Shown here piece by piece: positions 19,135 through 29,418 of a DNA stretch of 64,000 bases (the stretch's first letter is position 1; every line of letters begins with the position of its first letter). Location of the stretch: positions 4,096-68,095 of the forward strand of contig CALDID010000179.1 of NCBI GenBank assembly GCA_937901865.1. Reading direction: 5' to 3'. The position numbers and the translations under genes were made by a program. The notes beneath the pieces were generated by a model. That model saw only the letters and a list, made by a program, of their open reading frames with translations. It ran no database searches and had not been told where the DNA came from. This DNA comes from an uncultured Treponema sp. GTDB lineage: Bacteria; Spirochaetota; Spirochaetia; Treponematales; Treponemataceae.

Positions 19135-20589
19135 CTATGCTTTAAGTACAGGCTTGTAATTCTTGATGCCGTCGCGGATTTTTGCCACGAGGTCTTTGAG
19201 CGCAACACGCTCCTGCTCCATAGAATCGCGGTAACGGATAGTAACCGTGTCTTTGAGTGCGCCGTCGCCCTCTCCTAAGGTTTCGTAATCGACCGTAACG
19301 CAGAACGGTGTTCCAACCTCGTCCTGACGGCGATAACGCTTGCCCACAGAACCAGACGTATCGTAATCAGTAACGAAATCTTCTTTGAGCAAATGCTGAA
19401 TCTCTTTTGCTTTTTCTGCCAAGCCGTCTTTCTTCATCAACGGCAATACCGCGACCGTAATCGGGGCTAAGCGCGGGTCTAAGTGCAAGACAGTGCGATA
19501 ATCGTCCTTGCCGTCTGTGCCGACGTTCTGCTCTTCGTATGCTTCGCAGAGGAACATCAAGAAATTGCGGTTCAAACCAGCGGACGTTTCAACAACATAC
19601 GGAACATATTTCTTGTTTCCGTCGTCCTGGTCGATGTACTGAAGGTCTTTCTTTGAATACTCCATATGCTGAGAAAGGTCGAAGTCGGTGCGGCTGTGGA
19701 TACCCTCAACTTCCTCAAAGCCAATCGGGAAATTGTAGGTGATGTCATAAGCATCTTTTGCGTAGTGCGCCAACTTGTCGTGATGATGCCACTTGAGGTT
19801 CTTTTCGGCAATACCGTACTTCAAATAGAAGCTCCAGCGTTCCTTTCTCCAGCGTTCAAACGTTTCGTCTTCCGTTCCCGGCTTGCAGAAATATTCCATC
19901 TCCATCTGCTCGAACTCGCAAGTGCGGAAAATGAAGTTCTTGAAGATGATTTCGTTGCGGAACGACTTTCCCACCTGCGCCACACCGAACGGCACTTTGA
20001 GGCGGTTAGACTGCACAATGCTCTTGAAATCGGTGAAGATGCCCTGACAGGTTTCTGGGCGAAGATAAATCAAGTGGCTTTCGTCCGCGATTGGTCCCTG
20101 ATACGTCTTGAACATCAAATTGAACTCGCGCACAGCCGTATATTTGCGGTTCTTTGAATGGCACGTCGGGCAATCGATATGAGAGTCGATAAACTCCTTC
20201 ATTTCTTCGTGGTTCATCGTGTCCGCAGGCTTTTCGGGCGTGAAGTTGTTTGCCGCGCACCAATCTTCAATGAGCTTGTCTGCACGGTGGCGCGCCTGAC
20301 ACTCAAGACAGTCAACCATCGGGTCAGAGAAGTGGTCAACGTGTCCGCTTGCCTTCCACGTTGTGTGGTGCTGGAAAATCGCAGAATCCAAGCCAACCAC
20401 GTCGTCGTGGAGCTGCGTCATATAATGCCACCACGCATTCTGAATATTGCGCTTGAAGTCAACTCCCAAAGGACCGTAATCCCACGCGCCAGCCTGTCCG
20501 CCGTAAATCTCGCTTGCCTGATACACAAAGCCGCGCCGCTTGCACAGGCTTATGATTTTATCCAATGTACATTCGTGATTGTCTGCCAT
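19135..20589 (-). CDS. glyQS: Glycine-tRNA ligase (alpha2 type)
   Basis: LCKRRGFVY...EIYGG, YLRPET, GKSFRNEI, FRTCEFEQME and GKRYRRQDEVGTP. Confidence 0.97.
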   Translation of the reverse strand: MADNHECTLDKIISLCKRRGFVYQASEIYGGQAGAWDYGPLGVDFKRNIQNAWWHYMTQLHDDVVGLDSAIFQHHTTWKASGHVDHFSDPMVDCLECQARHRADKLIEDWCAANNFTPEKPADTMNHEEMKEFIDSHIDCPTCHSKNRKYTAVREFNLMFKTYQGPIADESHLIYLRPETCQGIFTDFKSIVQSNRLKVPFGVAQVGKSFRNEIIFKNFIFRTCEFEQMEMEYFCKPGTEDETFERWRKERWSFYLKYGIAEKNLKWHHHDKLAHYAKDAYDITYNFPIGFEEVEGIHSRTDFDLSQHMEYSKKDLQYIDQDDGNKKYVPYVVETSAGLNRNFLMFLCEAYEEQNVGTDGKDDYRTVLHLDPRLAPITVAVLPLMKKDGLAEKAKEIQHLLKEDFVTDYDTSGSVGKRYRRQDEVGTPFCVTVDYETLGEGDGALKDTVTIRYRDSMEQERVALKDLVAKIRDGIKNYKPVLKA

Positions 20590-20670
20590 GAATATGCTCC
20601 TAAAATAACTCTACAAAAGAGAGTAGCACAAAGCGAAAAAAGTTTCTACCGCCTTACTCTTTTTTCCCGT

Positions 20671-20773
20671 GTCATTGTCGGGCTTTCCCCCATGTCATTG
20701 TCGGGCTTGACCCGATAATCTTTCCAAAGCACTCTACGCCTTGAAAGATTCCCGTATCAAGTACGAGAATGAC
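20671..20773. repeat. Free REP doublet (two inverted GTCATT...AATC hairpins) plus a partial extra unit
   Basis: GTCATTGTCGGGCTTGACCCGATAATC-26 nt-GATTCCCGTATCAAGTACGAGAATGAC at 20694-20773. Confidence 0.8.
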
Positions 20774-20854
20774 ATACGCTCTGCAGCACCACAAAAATGC
20801 GATACTGGTATCTAAAGAGCATCGATAGCCGTATCGAAGCCCCTTAAAAATCAT

Positions 20855-20968
20855 TAGACCTGTTCGATAATTGTCATTATCGGGCTCGACCCGATAATCT
20901 TTTTGCCTATATTGCAATAGATTGCCGTATCAAGTACGGCAATGACATACTGTTTCCGAACAGGTCTA
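20855..20968 (-). mobile_element. 114-bp MITE-like element, copy 2 (inverted)
   Basis: Reverse complement of copy 1 with the same termini; abuts the radA stop. Confidence 0.85.
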
Positions 20969-22378
20969 TTATTTTGCAAAAAGCAATCGTATCATATCTT
21001 TAATGCTCTCCGCTGCAATAGTAACCCCTGTATCTTTGTTCGGCGCGACAACAGTGTTATATCCCATAGACTGCGCAGCCTTTATTCTTTGCTTCAATCT
21101 CGACACAGGGCGAATCTCTCCTGCAAGGCTCAGCTCCCCCATAATCACGGTGTTTTCGCTCAATGCAATATCCGTCCGCGCCGAATACAAAGCCGCCGCC
21201 AATGCCGAATCTATCGCGCTCTCTCCTAATCTCACCCCCCCTGCTACATTGATATAGATGTCTTGGTCGCTGAACTTCAAGCCTGCTCTCTTTTCAAGCA
21301 CCGCCGCCACTCTCGAAACTCGCGCGCTGTCTATCCTGTCGCTGTATACCCTCGTCATAGACGACTTTGCAGGGACGGTTAGAGCCTGTATCTCCACCAA
21401 AAAAGAGCGAGAGCCCTCAAACACCGCCGTAATCGCCACTCCCGCAGGAAAAGCACCACTTCGCCGCGTGATGAAAAGAGAGCTGGGGTCTGCTATCTCT
21501 GAAAGCCCCTTGTCGCCCATTGCAAAAATACCTATCTCGTCTATCGAGCCGAATCTGTTTTTCTCCGCTCGCAAAAAGCGCACGTCGTCGTTTGACCGCT
21601 CGAACGAAAGCACAGTATCCACCATGTGTTCCAGCGTCTTTGGACCTGCAATATTGCCGTCTTTCGTGATGTGTGCCGTCAATATCATCACCGTATCTCT
21701 TTCTTTCGCCCAACCGATAAGCTCCGCGGCGCAATACTTGAGCTGGCTTATCGTCGCGGGAATATTCCCTGCTTCGACGCTCGCCACCGTCTGTATAGAA
21801 TCGATTATCACAAGGCTTGGGATAAGCTCGTCTAGCGCATCTGTGATGTCTTCAAGGCGCGTTGTGCAAAGGATTTGTATCTTTGAAGTATCAAGCTCTA
21901 ATCTATCTGCTCGGCTCTTTATCTGCGACGCGCTCTCTTCGCCTGAAACATACAATACTTTTCCCGACGTTTCCCCTGCAATGCGCAGCTTTTTCGCCTC
22001 GACAGCCGAAAGCACAGCCTTAGACGAGTCGCTCTTTGCCACATGTGCGCACGTCTGTATCAACAACGTCGATTTTCCAATCCCTGGCTCGCCTCCGATA
22101 AGGATAACGCTTCGCTTCATCGCGCCGCCGCCTAAAACTCTATCAAACTCCGCGCTTCCCGTCTTCAGCCTGCTTCCCTCAAGCGCATTCACCTCGGATA
22201 AAGCAACGCTCTTCACCTTCACCGCAGGCAGCACCGCACCTGTCAGCGTTTTCGCCACAGCCTTCGACGTAGACTCTACAAAGGTGTTCCAGCTAGAGCA
22301 TTCGGGACATCGCCCCAGCCATCGCGATTGCGAATATCCGCACTCCGAGCATGTGTATGTTACAGTGTCTTTTGCCAT
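20969..22378 (-). CDS. radA: DNA repair protein RadA/Sms
   Basis: CSECG...CPEC zinc finger, GEPGIGKSTL and KNRFG. Confidence 0.96.
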   Translation of the reverse strand: MAKDTVTYTCSECGYSQSRWLGRCPECSSWNTFVESTSKAVAKTLTGAVLPAVKVKSVALSEVNALEGSRLKTGSAEFDRVLGGGAMKRSVILIGGEPGIGKSTLLIQTCAHVAKSDSSKAVLSAVEAKKLRIAGETSGKVLYVSGEESASQIKSRADRLELDTSKIQILCTTRLEDITDALDELIPSLVIIDSIQTVASVEAGNIPATISQLKYCAAELIGWAKERDTVMILTAHITKDGNIAGPKTLEHMVDTVLSFERSNDDVRFLRAEKNRFGSIDEIGIFAMGDKGLSEIADPSSLFITRRSGAFPAGVAITAVFEGSRSFLVEIQALTVPAKSSMTRVYSDRIDSARVSRVAAVLEKRAGLKFSDQDIYINVAGGVRLGESAIDSALAAALYSARTDIALSENTVIMGELSLAGEIRPVSRLKQRIKAAQSMGYNTVVAPNKDTGVTIAAESIKDMIRLLFAK

Positions 22379-22379
22379 A

Positions 22380-23294
22380 TTACTTTGCTGTTGCGCCCTG
22401 CTCTCTGCACGTCTGCGTGAACAGCGTACCTGGCTCTATCGAATGAGTAATCCATGTGTTGCCCCCGACGGTGCTGCCCTTGCCGATAACGGTCTTTCCG
22501 CCCAAAATAGTCGCGTCTGCATAAATCGTTACATCGTCTTCAATAGTAGGGTGCCGCTTTTTGTCCTGAAGCTCTTTTTTCACGCTCAAAGCACCGAGCG
22601 TTACGCCCTGATAAATCTTCACTCTGTTGCCGATAACGCACGTTTCCCCAATGACAACGCCTGTTCCGTGGTCGATAAAGAATGATTCGCCAATCGTCGC
22701 TCCTGGGTGAATGTCTATCCCCGTCTTGCCGTGCGCGTGCTCGCTCATAATGCGCGGAATCACAGGCACTCCCTTAACGTGCAGATTATGCGCAATGCGA
22801 TACACGCTAATCGCCTCTAAGCCAGGATACGACACAATTACTTCCTCCGTACTCTTCGCCGCAGGGTCGCCCTCAAAAGCCGCCTGTGCGTCCAGCCGTA
22901 TCATTCTGCGAAGCTCTGGCACGTCGCAAATGAGTGAAGCCGCCGTCTTCTCCGCAAGCGAAAAGCAATGCGACATCTGCACATCGCGGAACTTTATCGG
23001 GTTTGAATCGTCGCATTTCACATACAAAAACGACTTTTGTATCTCGTGAGTGAGCGTGTGAATAATGCGGTGAACCCTCTCGCCTGTAACATAGCGAAGC
23101 GTTTGCTTGTCCAAGAACTCCGCCGTGCGATAGCCAGGGAAAATCAAGCTCTGCAAATCGTGCAGCACGCTAATCACATTCTCTCTGTTCGGAAAGATAT
23201 TCCGACCCATCAAGTTCGCTCCCCCGTACTCTTCATACGACGAGAGTATATCGCTCACCATCTTGTCTATATCCATACTCTTCGCTCCTATCAC
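22380..23294 (-). CDS. cysE: Serine O-acetyltransferase
   Basis: [36 protein letters not shown] and KRHPTIED. Confidence 0.93.
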   Translation of the reverse strand: MIGAKSMDIDKMVSDILSSYEEYGGANLMGRNIFPNRENVISVLHDLQSLIFPGYRTAEFLDKQTLRYVTGERVHRIIHTLTHEIQKSFLYVKCDDSNPIKFRDVQMSHCFSLAEKTAASLICDVPELRRMIRLDAQAAFEGDPAAKSTEEVIVSYPGLEAISVYRIAHNLHVKGVPVIPRIMSEHAHGKTGIDIHPGATIGESFFIDHGTGVVIGETCVIGNRVKIYQGVTLGALSVKKELQDKKRHPTIEDDVTIYADATILGGKTVIGKGSTVGGNTWITHSIEPGTLFTQTCREQGATAK

Positions 23295-24682
23295 TTTATA
23301 TAGCGGATTGCACTGCGGTCTATCGCTTGCATCAATGCGCCTGCTTTCTCGGTATCTCTCTCCAAAATGAGCGGCACTTTCTCTATCACCTCATCGCCGC
23401 AGTAATATTCCAGTTCTCCGCAAATCGCGCCCATCTTGTTTTCCCCGAAAAGATACTTCGGCACTCTCGCCCTCACTTGTATCTTGTCTTTGTACTCGGC
23501 AGGAATAGTCAGCACAAGGCGCGGCAAAGAAGACACTATGCGCACCGACTTGCTTTTACTGCCCAACACTCGAACTGTATACGCATAATCGCTCTTTTCT
23601 CTGTAGTCGTCGAATTGGTTAAATGCAAGGTTCAGCAACGCCGTGCCGTCTTTCACTCTATTCGCCTGCCCCTGATAGCTGCCTTTGCCTGCACCCCTCA
23701 TCGTTACCGACAAGTATCGCCGCTCGCCCCTTTTCGCCGTCAGTGCCAGATTATAGCCGCTCTCATAGATAAAGCCCGTCTTGAGCCCGTCCACTCCCTC
23801 AACTCTGTTCAATAGCGGATTTGTGTTCGTCTGATGTATCGCCTTCGTGTCGCCGTACTTCGCCGCAAGGTCAGCAGGCAGGTTCTTCTTGAGCGGATAA
23901 TATATCTCTTTGCACGAGTGAAAGAGGTTGATTGAATCGGGGTAATCGCTTATGTACCTCCGTGCGAACGTCGCAAATTCCCGCGCTGTCGTCATATTCA
24001 GCTCGCTGTATCCCGACGGCTCAACAAAGTGCGTTACGGTCAAGCCCAATGCTCTCACTTCCGCATTCATACGAGCAACAAACGGCTCTACTCCGCCAGA
24101 AATGTAGTATGCAATCGCAATAGCAGCATCGTTGCCCGAAGCCACAGCAAGCCCCGTCAAAAGCTCTTTAAGCGTAACCGTCTGCCCCTTGTCCAAAAAC
24201 ATCAGCGACGAATCGGACGGCAGGGAAGAAGCCCAGCACTCTCTCGGCAGCGGCACAATATCGTCATAGTGAATCCGCCCCGAAGCGATTTCCTTGAACG
24301 CAATATACATCACGACGAGTTTCGTCATAGACGCAGGCGGTATCATCTCGTCAGCATTCTTCTTGTAAATCACCGCGCCCGTGTCCGCGTCCACCAAAAT
24401 CGCAGAAGCGGCAGTGAGCGACACGGCGTGTTCTCCCTTTTCGTACGGCGTCGCCTTTAAGCCCTCGTTTCTCTCCTTGAACACTTCTTGACGGAAGGCA
24501 GAAAGAGCTATTTGCTCCTCAGCAGTCAGCTTTCTTGCTTCCCTCACTTTCAGCACGCCAACCACATGCGCCACATACAACACGACAAGCAAAATAACAA
24601 TCGCTTCCGCCCCGATAAGCGCAGGAACTAGATATTTCTTTGCATTAAAAGAACCCTTCAATTTCGCTAAATCAATCTTCAT
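23291..24682 (-). CDS. dacA: D-alanyl-D-alanine carboxypeptidase (S11)
   Basis: PASMTK, SGNDA and GLKTG; N-terminal TM segment. Confidence 0.9.
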   Translation of the reverse strand: MKIDLAKLKGSFNAKKYLVPALIGAEAIVILLVVLYVAHVVGVLKVREARKLTAEEQIALSAFRQEVFKERNEGLKATPYEKGEHAVSLTAASAILVDADTGAVIYKKNADEMIPPASMTKLVVMYIAFKEIASGRIHYDDIVPLPRECWASSLPSDSSLMFLDKGQTVTLKELLTGLAVASGNDAAIAIAYYISGGVEPFVARMNAEVRALGLTVTHFVEPSGYSELNMTTAREFATFARRYISDYPDSINLFHSCKEIYYPLKKNLPADLAAKYGDTKAIHQTNTNPLLNRVEGVDGLKTGFIYESGYNLALTAKRGERRYLSVTMRGAGKGSYQGQANRVKDGTALLNLAFNQFDDYREKSDYAYTVRVLGSKSKSVRIVSSLPRLVLTIPAEYKDKIQVRARVPKYLFGENKMGAICGELEYYCGDEVIEKVPLILERDTEKAGALMQAIDRSAIRYIK

Positions 24683-24718
24683 AGTTTGCTATTATACAAA
24701 ACTTTTCTATTAAGTTAA

Positions 24719-25027
24719 ATAGCATATCGAATTGAGTTAAATAGTAGACAGTGTTACGGAAAGTATGCTGTTTTATCTGTTTATGTCATTCCCGTGCTTG
24801 ACACGGGAATCTTTCAAGGCTCTCGTATAGTCGACCTGTTCGGAAACCGTATGTCATTGCCGTACTTGATACGGCAATCTATTGCAATACAAGCAAAAAG
24901 ATTATCGAGTCGAACCCGATAATGACAATTATCGAACAGGTCTAGTGCTTTGGAAAAGATTATCGGAACAAGCCCGATAATGACACGATTTTTATAGCAT
25001 ATCGAATTGAGTTAAATAGTAGACAGT
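24719..25027. repeat. Nested repeat cluster bounded by a perfect 34-bp direct repeat
   Basis: ATAGCATATCGAATTGAGTTAAATAGTAGACAGT at 24719-24752 and 24994-25027; a REP doublet (24785-24984) lies between them. Confidence 0.85.
24831..24944 (+). mobile_element. 114-bp MITE-like element, copy 3 (slightly diverged, inside a REP doublet)
   Basis: TCGACCTGTTCG...CGAACAGGTCTA with a few substitutions relative to copy 1. Confidence 0.8.
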
Positions 25028-25083
25028 AATTCTCTTAGCCTATAAAATAAAAAATATTTTGTCAGAAACATCGGAGGAAACGA

Positions 25084-26313
25084 ATGAACACAGAGTTTGA
25101 ACAGTTAAAAGAATGGATAAGAGAGCATACGCGCGATATGGTCGAGCTTGAGGCAAAGCTCACGGCGATCCCCGCCCTCGCGCCCGAAAACGCAGGAGAC
25201 GGAGAAGCGAAGAAAGCAGAGATGCTTGAAGCGTGGCTCATTGAAAACGGCATTAAAAACATCGAGCATTACGACGCTCCCGATAATCGCGTTACGGCAG
25301 GCTATCGCCCGAACTTCGTCGCGACGATTAACGGCTGCCGCAATGACTATTCTATTTGGATTTGCGCACATCTCGACGTTGTTCCCGTCGGCGAGAAATC
25401 GCTGTGGAGGGCTGACCCGTGGACAGTCGTGGAGAAAGACGGCAAAATCTTCGGGCGCGGCGTTGAAGACAATCAACAGGGCTTGTGCTCAGGCGTGCTG
25501 GCGGCTCTTTCCTTTGTCAAACAGCACATTATCCCTGAACACACGATAAAGCTGCTCTTTATGGCGGACGAGGAAGTCGGCTCAAAGTACGGTATGGGCT
25601 ACCTTGTCGAGCACCACGCAGACCTTTTCGGCGAAAACGACCGCATTTTAATCCCCGACGGCGGCGACAGCAAGGGAGAGACCATCGAAATCGCAGAGAA
25701 AAACATTGCGTGGTTCCGTTTCCACACGATAGGCAAGCAATCGCACGGCTCTCGCCCCGACCTCGGACGAAACGCGAAGCTCGCCGCGGCGGATTTGGCA
25801 TTGCGCATTAACGACCTTGAGAACTTTTTTAACCAGAAAGACGACAAGTTTGACCCGCCGTATTCCACGTTCCAGCCGACAATGCAGCTCGCCAACGTCG
25901 AGGGCATCAATATGATTCCCGGCGATGACGTATTCACAGCCGACTGCCGCATTAACCCGAATTACAGCCTTGACGAAGTGCGCCGAGAGGTAAGAGCGCG
26001 ATGCGACGCGGTCGAAGCGAAATACGGCGTGAAAATCGAAGTGAGCGAAGCGCAGGCGGCGGAGAGCAAGGCGACGGACGAAAATGCTCCTGTGGTCAAA
26101 GAGCTCGCGGCGGCGATTGAAGCGGTACACGGCATAAAGGCGCGCACAGTCGGTATCGGCGGCGGCACGGTTGCGGCAGAACTTCGCAATATGGGACGGG
26201 ACGCGGTCGTGTGGTCAACGCTGGACGACACCTGCCACCAGCCGAATGAATACGCCGTCATCGAAAACATCGCAAAAGACGCGCTCACTATCGCATATAT
26301 GGCAAGCAACTAA
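25084..26313 (+). CDS. M20 family metallo-hydrolase (DapE/ArgE-like)
   Basis: AHLDVVP, GRGVEDN, ADEEVGS, HGSRP and CHQPNE. Confidence 0.9.
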   Translation: MNTEFEQLKEWIREHTRDMVELEAKLTAIPALAPENAGDGEAKKAEMLEAWLIENGIKNIEHYDAPDNRVTAGYRPNFVATINGCRNDYSIWICAHLDVVPVGEKSLWRADPWTVVEKDGKIFGRGVEDNQQGLCSGVLAALSFVKQHIIPEHTIKLLFMADEEVGSKYGMGYLVEHHADLFGENDRILIPDGGDSKGETIEIAEKNIAWFRFHTIGKQSHGSRPDLGRNAKLAAADLALRINDLENFFNQKDDKFDPPYSTFQPTMQLANVEGINMIPGDDVFTADCRINPNYSLDEVRREVRARCDAVEAKYGVKIEVSEAQAAESKATDENAPVVKELAAAIEAVHGIKARTVGIGGGTVAAELRNMGRDAVVWSTLDDTCHQPNEYAVIENIAKDALTIAYMASN

Positions 26314-26425
26314 CTCGACGGCTCGTCGGCTTATAACTCGACGGCTCGTCAACTTATAACTCGACGGTGCGTCTGCTTATAACTCGACGGTGCGTCGACT
26401 TATAGCTCGACGGTGCGTCGACTTA
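26311..26425. repeat. Tandem array, 5 x 23 bp (TAACTCGACGGTGCGTCGACTTA)
   Basis: Five clear units starting at the M20 stop codon; internal dyad TCGACG/CGTCGA. Confidence 0.92.
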
Positions 26426-26444
26426 GAGAAAGGAGTGTTTTCGA

Positions 26445-28445
26445 TTGATTAAAAAGACCCTTATTTCTTTATTCTTATTGCAATTATGCGCTTTATACGC
26501 TGAAACGATAACTTTTCCAATACTTGGCTTCAAAACAGTGCCGAAAGAGCCGATTATGCTCGACGTGCCGTGGGAAGAAAAGTGGTTCGGCGAAAAGAGC
26601 GCGTTTGTCTATCATCACGACATTGCGCGCATTGCCTGCGTCTTCTCCGAGATGTCGTACATCGAGGACGTGGAGGAGCACCCGACGACGAACGTTATTT
26701 ATCGCTCCTACAAGGCGTTAGGTATCGACGACGAAAACATCTTATTTCACTACGACATCAAATACACAGACCCTTTAGGCGATAATCAATCGGGCGTTTC
26801 CTTTGCGCACAAAAAGATACAAAGCGCGCTCGGCGAAAAGGTGTTAGTGTTTTGCATTGTGCGCGGCACGCCGAGAAATGCGAATGAATGGGTGAGCAAT
26901 GTCAATGTGTCGGACAGCACGCACAAAGCACAGGATTTCCACGAAGGCTTTTTTATCGCCGCCGACCAGCTGTATAAAGAGCTTATCGCCTATCTTGAAT
27001 CCCGCGGCATCGACAAGCAAGATTGTTTTCTGCTCATCACAGGGCACTCTCGCGGCGCGGCGGTGGCTAATATGCTCGGCGCGATTATCGCGAACTCAGG
27101 TGCTCTCGACACCGAAAAAGTCTATGTCTACACTTTCGGCACGCCCAACACTACCACCGAAAGCGACTGCCACAGCGACAAATACGGCTTCATCTACAAC
27201 ATCGAGAGCGTTGAAGACCTTTGCGCCACGCTGCCTTCCAACCGCTACAACTGGGCTTACAAGAAGTACGGCAAGACAAAGACGCTCGTCAGCCGCTGGA
27301 GCTCGGACGAAGACACCTTTGAAAACAACTATGTCAACCGAATGAATGTGTATCTCAATCGCTTTATCCTGCGCGATTACAAGCCGTTCCGCATAGGTCC
27401 GTTTTTTCCAAGTCAGATTTCGCGTTTGTTCGTTATCCTCAATCCGTCGGTACGCAGTTTTTACGAAGGTCCATTAGAGCTGCACGACAAATGCGTTTTT
27501 ACGTTCTCCCTCGTCTTCCCCTCGAATCCGCGCAAAAAGAAAAAGAACCCGTCGCTCTTTGGCAAAGCGATGTTCGGCGTGCTTAACTCGATGACAAACG
27601 GGGCGTTTGGGTATGCGAATGTGGCGGTGTTTGATATGCACATGTGCGAGGTGTATTTATCGTGGTATATGGCGTTGAGCGAAGAGGAGCTGTTTCAAGA
27701 AGCTCCGTCGAGTCAAATCGTCTTTTCGGGCAGTTTCAACGCCGTCATCACCGACAGCAAGGGCAGAGAGGTTATCACGATTAAAGACGGGCTGTCTTCG
27801 TTCGACGCGATAACGCCTCCAGCCGCCGCGATGAGCCTTATGGGGAAGACGGTGGTCGGGCTGTCGGGGATTGAAGATTACACGGTGGAGATTATGCACA
27901 ACTCGCTTCTTCCCTCTCCGATGAGCATCAAGGTAGAGCATTACGCAGGCGACGGCACGTTTATCGGCTCTGGCAAGCGTATCTATTTCGCGCCGAAATA
28001 CAACAAAGTGTATTCGTTCCGCGCAGGGAGAAAAACGGCGGAGGATTTCGATATTCACTTTGACATCACCGATAAAAGCGAGGCGAGCAAGAGTGCGCAA
28101 AAGCTCCCGTCGGCTCTTTCTCCGCTCCTGTCGGCTTCGATAAGCACAGACGGCAATTTGCAGGGGGAACTCGGCATTGACGTAGGAGTGCGCGCGGCGT
28201 ATCTCAGCGCATTCTTTGCACGCGACAGCCTTTCTTTCGGCATTGCAAGCCAGCAAAATGTGTGGTGGCGGCTGTATGCAGACGAGGGGATTTATGTGAA
28301 AAGGGATTTTGTGGAGGACACGTTTACGCCGCAGGCTCGCTTCAGCCTATCGTATAAGCCGCTGCACACGGTGAAGTTCTTTGCGTCTTCTTTGTTCGAC
28401 CTCCCCTCTCTTTCCCCCACATTCCGCTTCGGCGTAAAGCTATAG
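26445..28445 (+). CDS. Secreted lipase (class 3-like) with a possible C-terminal beta-barrel
   Basis: Signal peptide, VRGT, FHEGF, ITGHSRGAA and YTFGTP; AAGGAG SD before TTG. Confidence 0.8.
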   Translation: MIKKTLISLFLLQLCALYAETITFPILGFKTVPKEPIMLDVPWEEKWFGEKSAFVYHHDIARIACVFSEMSYIEDVEEHPTTNVIYRSYKALGIDDENILFHYDIKYTDPLGDNQSGVSFAHKKIQSALGEKVLVFCIVRGTPRNANEWVSNVNVSDSTHKAQDFHEGFFIAADQLYKELIAYLESRGIDKQDCFLLITGHSRGAAVANMLGAIIANSGALDTEKVYVYTFGTPNTTTESDCHSDKYGFIYNIESVEDLCATLPSNRYNWAYKKYGKTKTLVSRWSSDEDTFENNYVNRMNVYLNRFILRDYKPFRIGPFFPSQISRLFVILNPSVRSFYEGPLELHDKCVFTFSLVFPSNPRKKKKNPSLFGKAMFGVLNSMTNGAFGYANVAVFDMHMCEVYLSWYMALSEEELFQEAPSSQIVFSGSFNAVITDSKGREVITIKDGLSSFDAITPPAAAMSLMGKTVVGLSGIEDYTVEIMHNSLLPSPMSIKVEHYAGDGTFIGSGKRIYFAPKYNKVYSFRAGRKTAEDFDIHFDITDKSEASKSAQKLPSALSPLLSASISTDGNLQGELGIDVGVRAAYLSAFFARDSLSFGIASQQNVWWRLYADEGIYVKRDFVEDTFTPQARFSLSYKPLHTVKFFASSLFDLPSLSPTFRFGVKL

Positions 28446-28485
28446 CAGGCACAGCCTGTTTTGTGCAGGTATAGCCTGTTTTGTA
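28446..28485 (+). repeat. Two tandem 20-bp CAGGCAYAGCCTGTTTTGT-family units
   Basis: Immediately after the lipase stop. Confidence 0.7.
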
Positions 28486-28545
28486 AAAGGGGAGCTACAG
28501 GCGAAATAAAGGAATTATTGAGGAAACCTAAGAATTGGCGTATAC

Positions 28546-28659
28546 TAGACCTGTTCGGAAACAGTATGTCATTGCCGTACTTGATACGGCAATCTATTGC
28601 AATATAGGCAAAAAGATTATCGGGTCGAGCCCGATAATGACAATTATCGAACAGGTCTA
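28546..28659 (+). mobile_element. 114-bp MITE-like element, copy 4
   Basis: Identical to copy 1 apart from one substitution noticed in the second hairpin loop. Confidence 0.87.
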
Positions 28660-28679
28660 CTATTTCTAGGAGATTAGAA

Positions 28680-29183
28680 TTGATAGAGAAAATACATAAC
28701 AAAGCAAAGGTATACCTTGACACTTCTGTCATAAGCTATTTGGAACAGACTGACTCTCCTGAAAAAATGGCTATAACACGAAATGTGTGGGAAACGTTCA
28801 AAAGTGGCAAGTATGACCTTTTTATTTCTGATGTACTTATAAAAGAGTTGATGAATTGCAGCAATGAAACAAAGCGCAGCGCATTGCTTTCCCATTTGCT
28901 TGAAATAAACTACACTATTGTCAATGTAAGCAAAGAATCTTTTGCATTTGCAGAGCGAATTATCGATTTCGGCATTTTGAAGAAAAAGAGCTTTGATGAT
29001 TGTCAACACATTGCGGCAGCTATTTTATGTAACTGTGATGTTATCATTTCTTGGAACTTTAAGCATATAGTGAATTATGATACAATTAGGGGGATAAAAG
29101 TTTTGACGACTATGGAAGGATATAAAGACATAGCCATTTATTCGCCAGAAGTGTTTCAGAGCGAGGAGGATACAAATGATTGA
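28680..29183 (+). CDS. PIN domain protein (VapC-like)
   Basis: VYLDTSVIS, EL, DDCQHIAAA and IISWNFKH; AGGAG SD. Confidence 0.85.
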   Translation: MIEKIHNKAKVYLDTSVISYLEQTDSPEKMAITRNVWETFKSGKYDLFISDVLIKELMNCSNETKRSALLSHLLEINYTIVNVSKESFAFAERIIDFGILKKKSFDDCQHIAAAILCNCDVIISWNFKHIVNYDTIRGIKVLTTMEGYKDIAIYSPEVFQSEEDTND

Positions 29184-29367
29184 AGAACTTACATTATCAC
29201 CACGATTCGATGTTAACGACATCAGACAATTACGCGAATACAATTCACTTCGTCATATCAATATGAGTGCAGATGAGGTCATCGCAGAGCTTAAAGCTGA
29301 TACATCAGACATTATTGAAAGACTTGTAAAAAGTGGACACGCACGAACTCTTGCTGCTGCATACTAA
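29176..29367 (+). CDS. Small protein coupled to the PIN gene (candidate antitoxin)
   Basis: 63 aa; overlaps the PIN stop; strong GGAGG SD. Confidence 0.6.
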   Translation: MIEELTLSPRFDVNDIRQLREYNSLRHINMSADEVIAELKADTSDIIERLVKSGHARTLAAAY

Positions 29368-29418
29368 AAAACAAAACGCCCTTGCAGTTTGCGCATTTAA
29401 GGGCGTTGAAATATCCAA

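Noticed and set aside
20942..21229. ORFs starting MTYCFRTGL (also 7905-8402) and others crossing 8239-8592, 20672-20917 and 28292-28732
   Set aside because: They arise from reading through MITE/REP sequence or antisense to real genes.
21258..22685. 475-aa plus-strand ORF
   Set aside because: Antisense shadow of radA/cysE; no recognisable motifs.
26311..26425. Palindromic 23-bp repeats (also at 34945-35210) as a CRISPR array
   Set aside because: Units are directly adjacent with no unique spacers, and there are no cas genes in the window.
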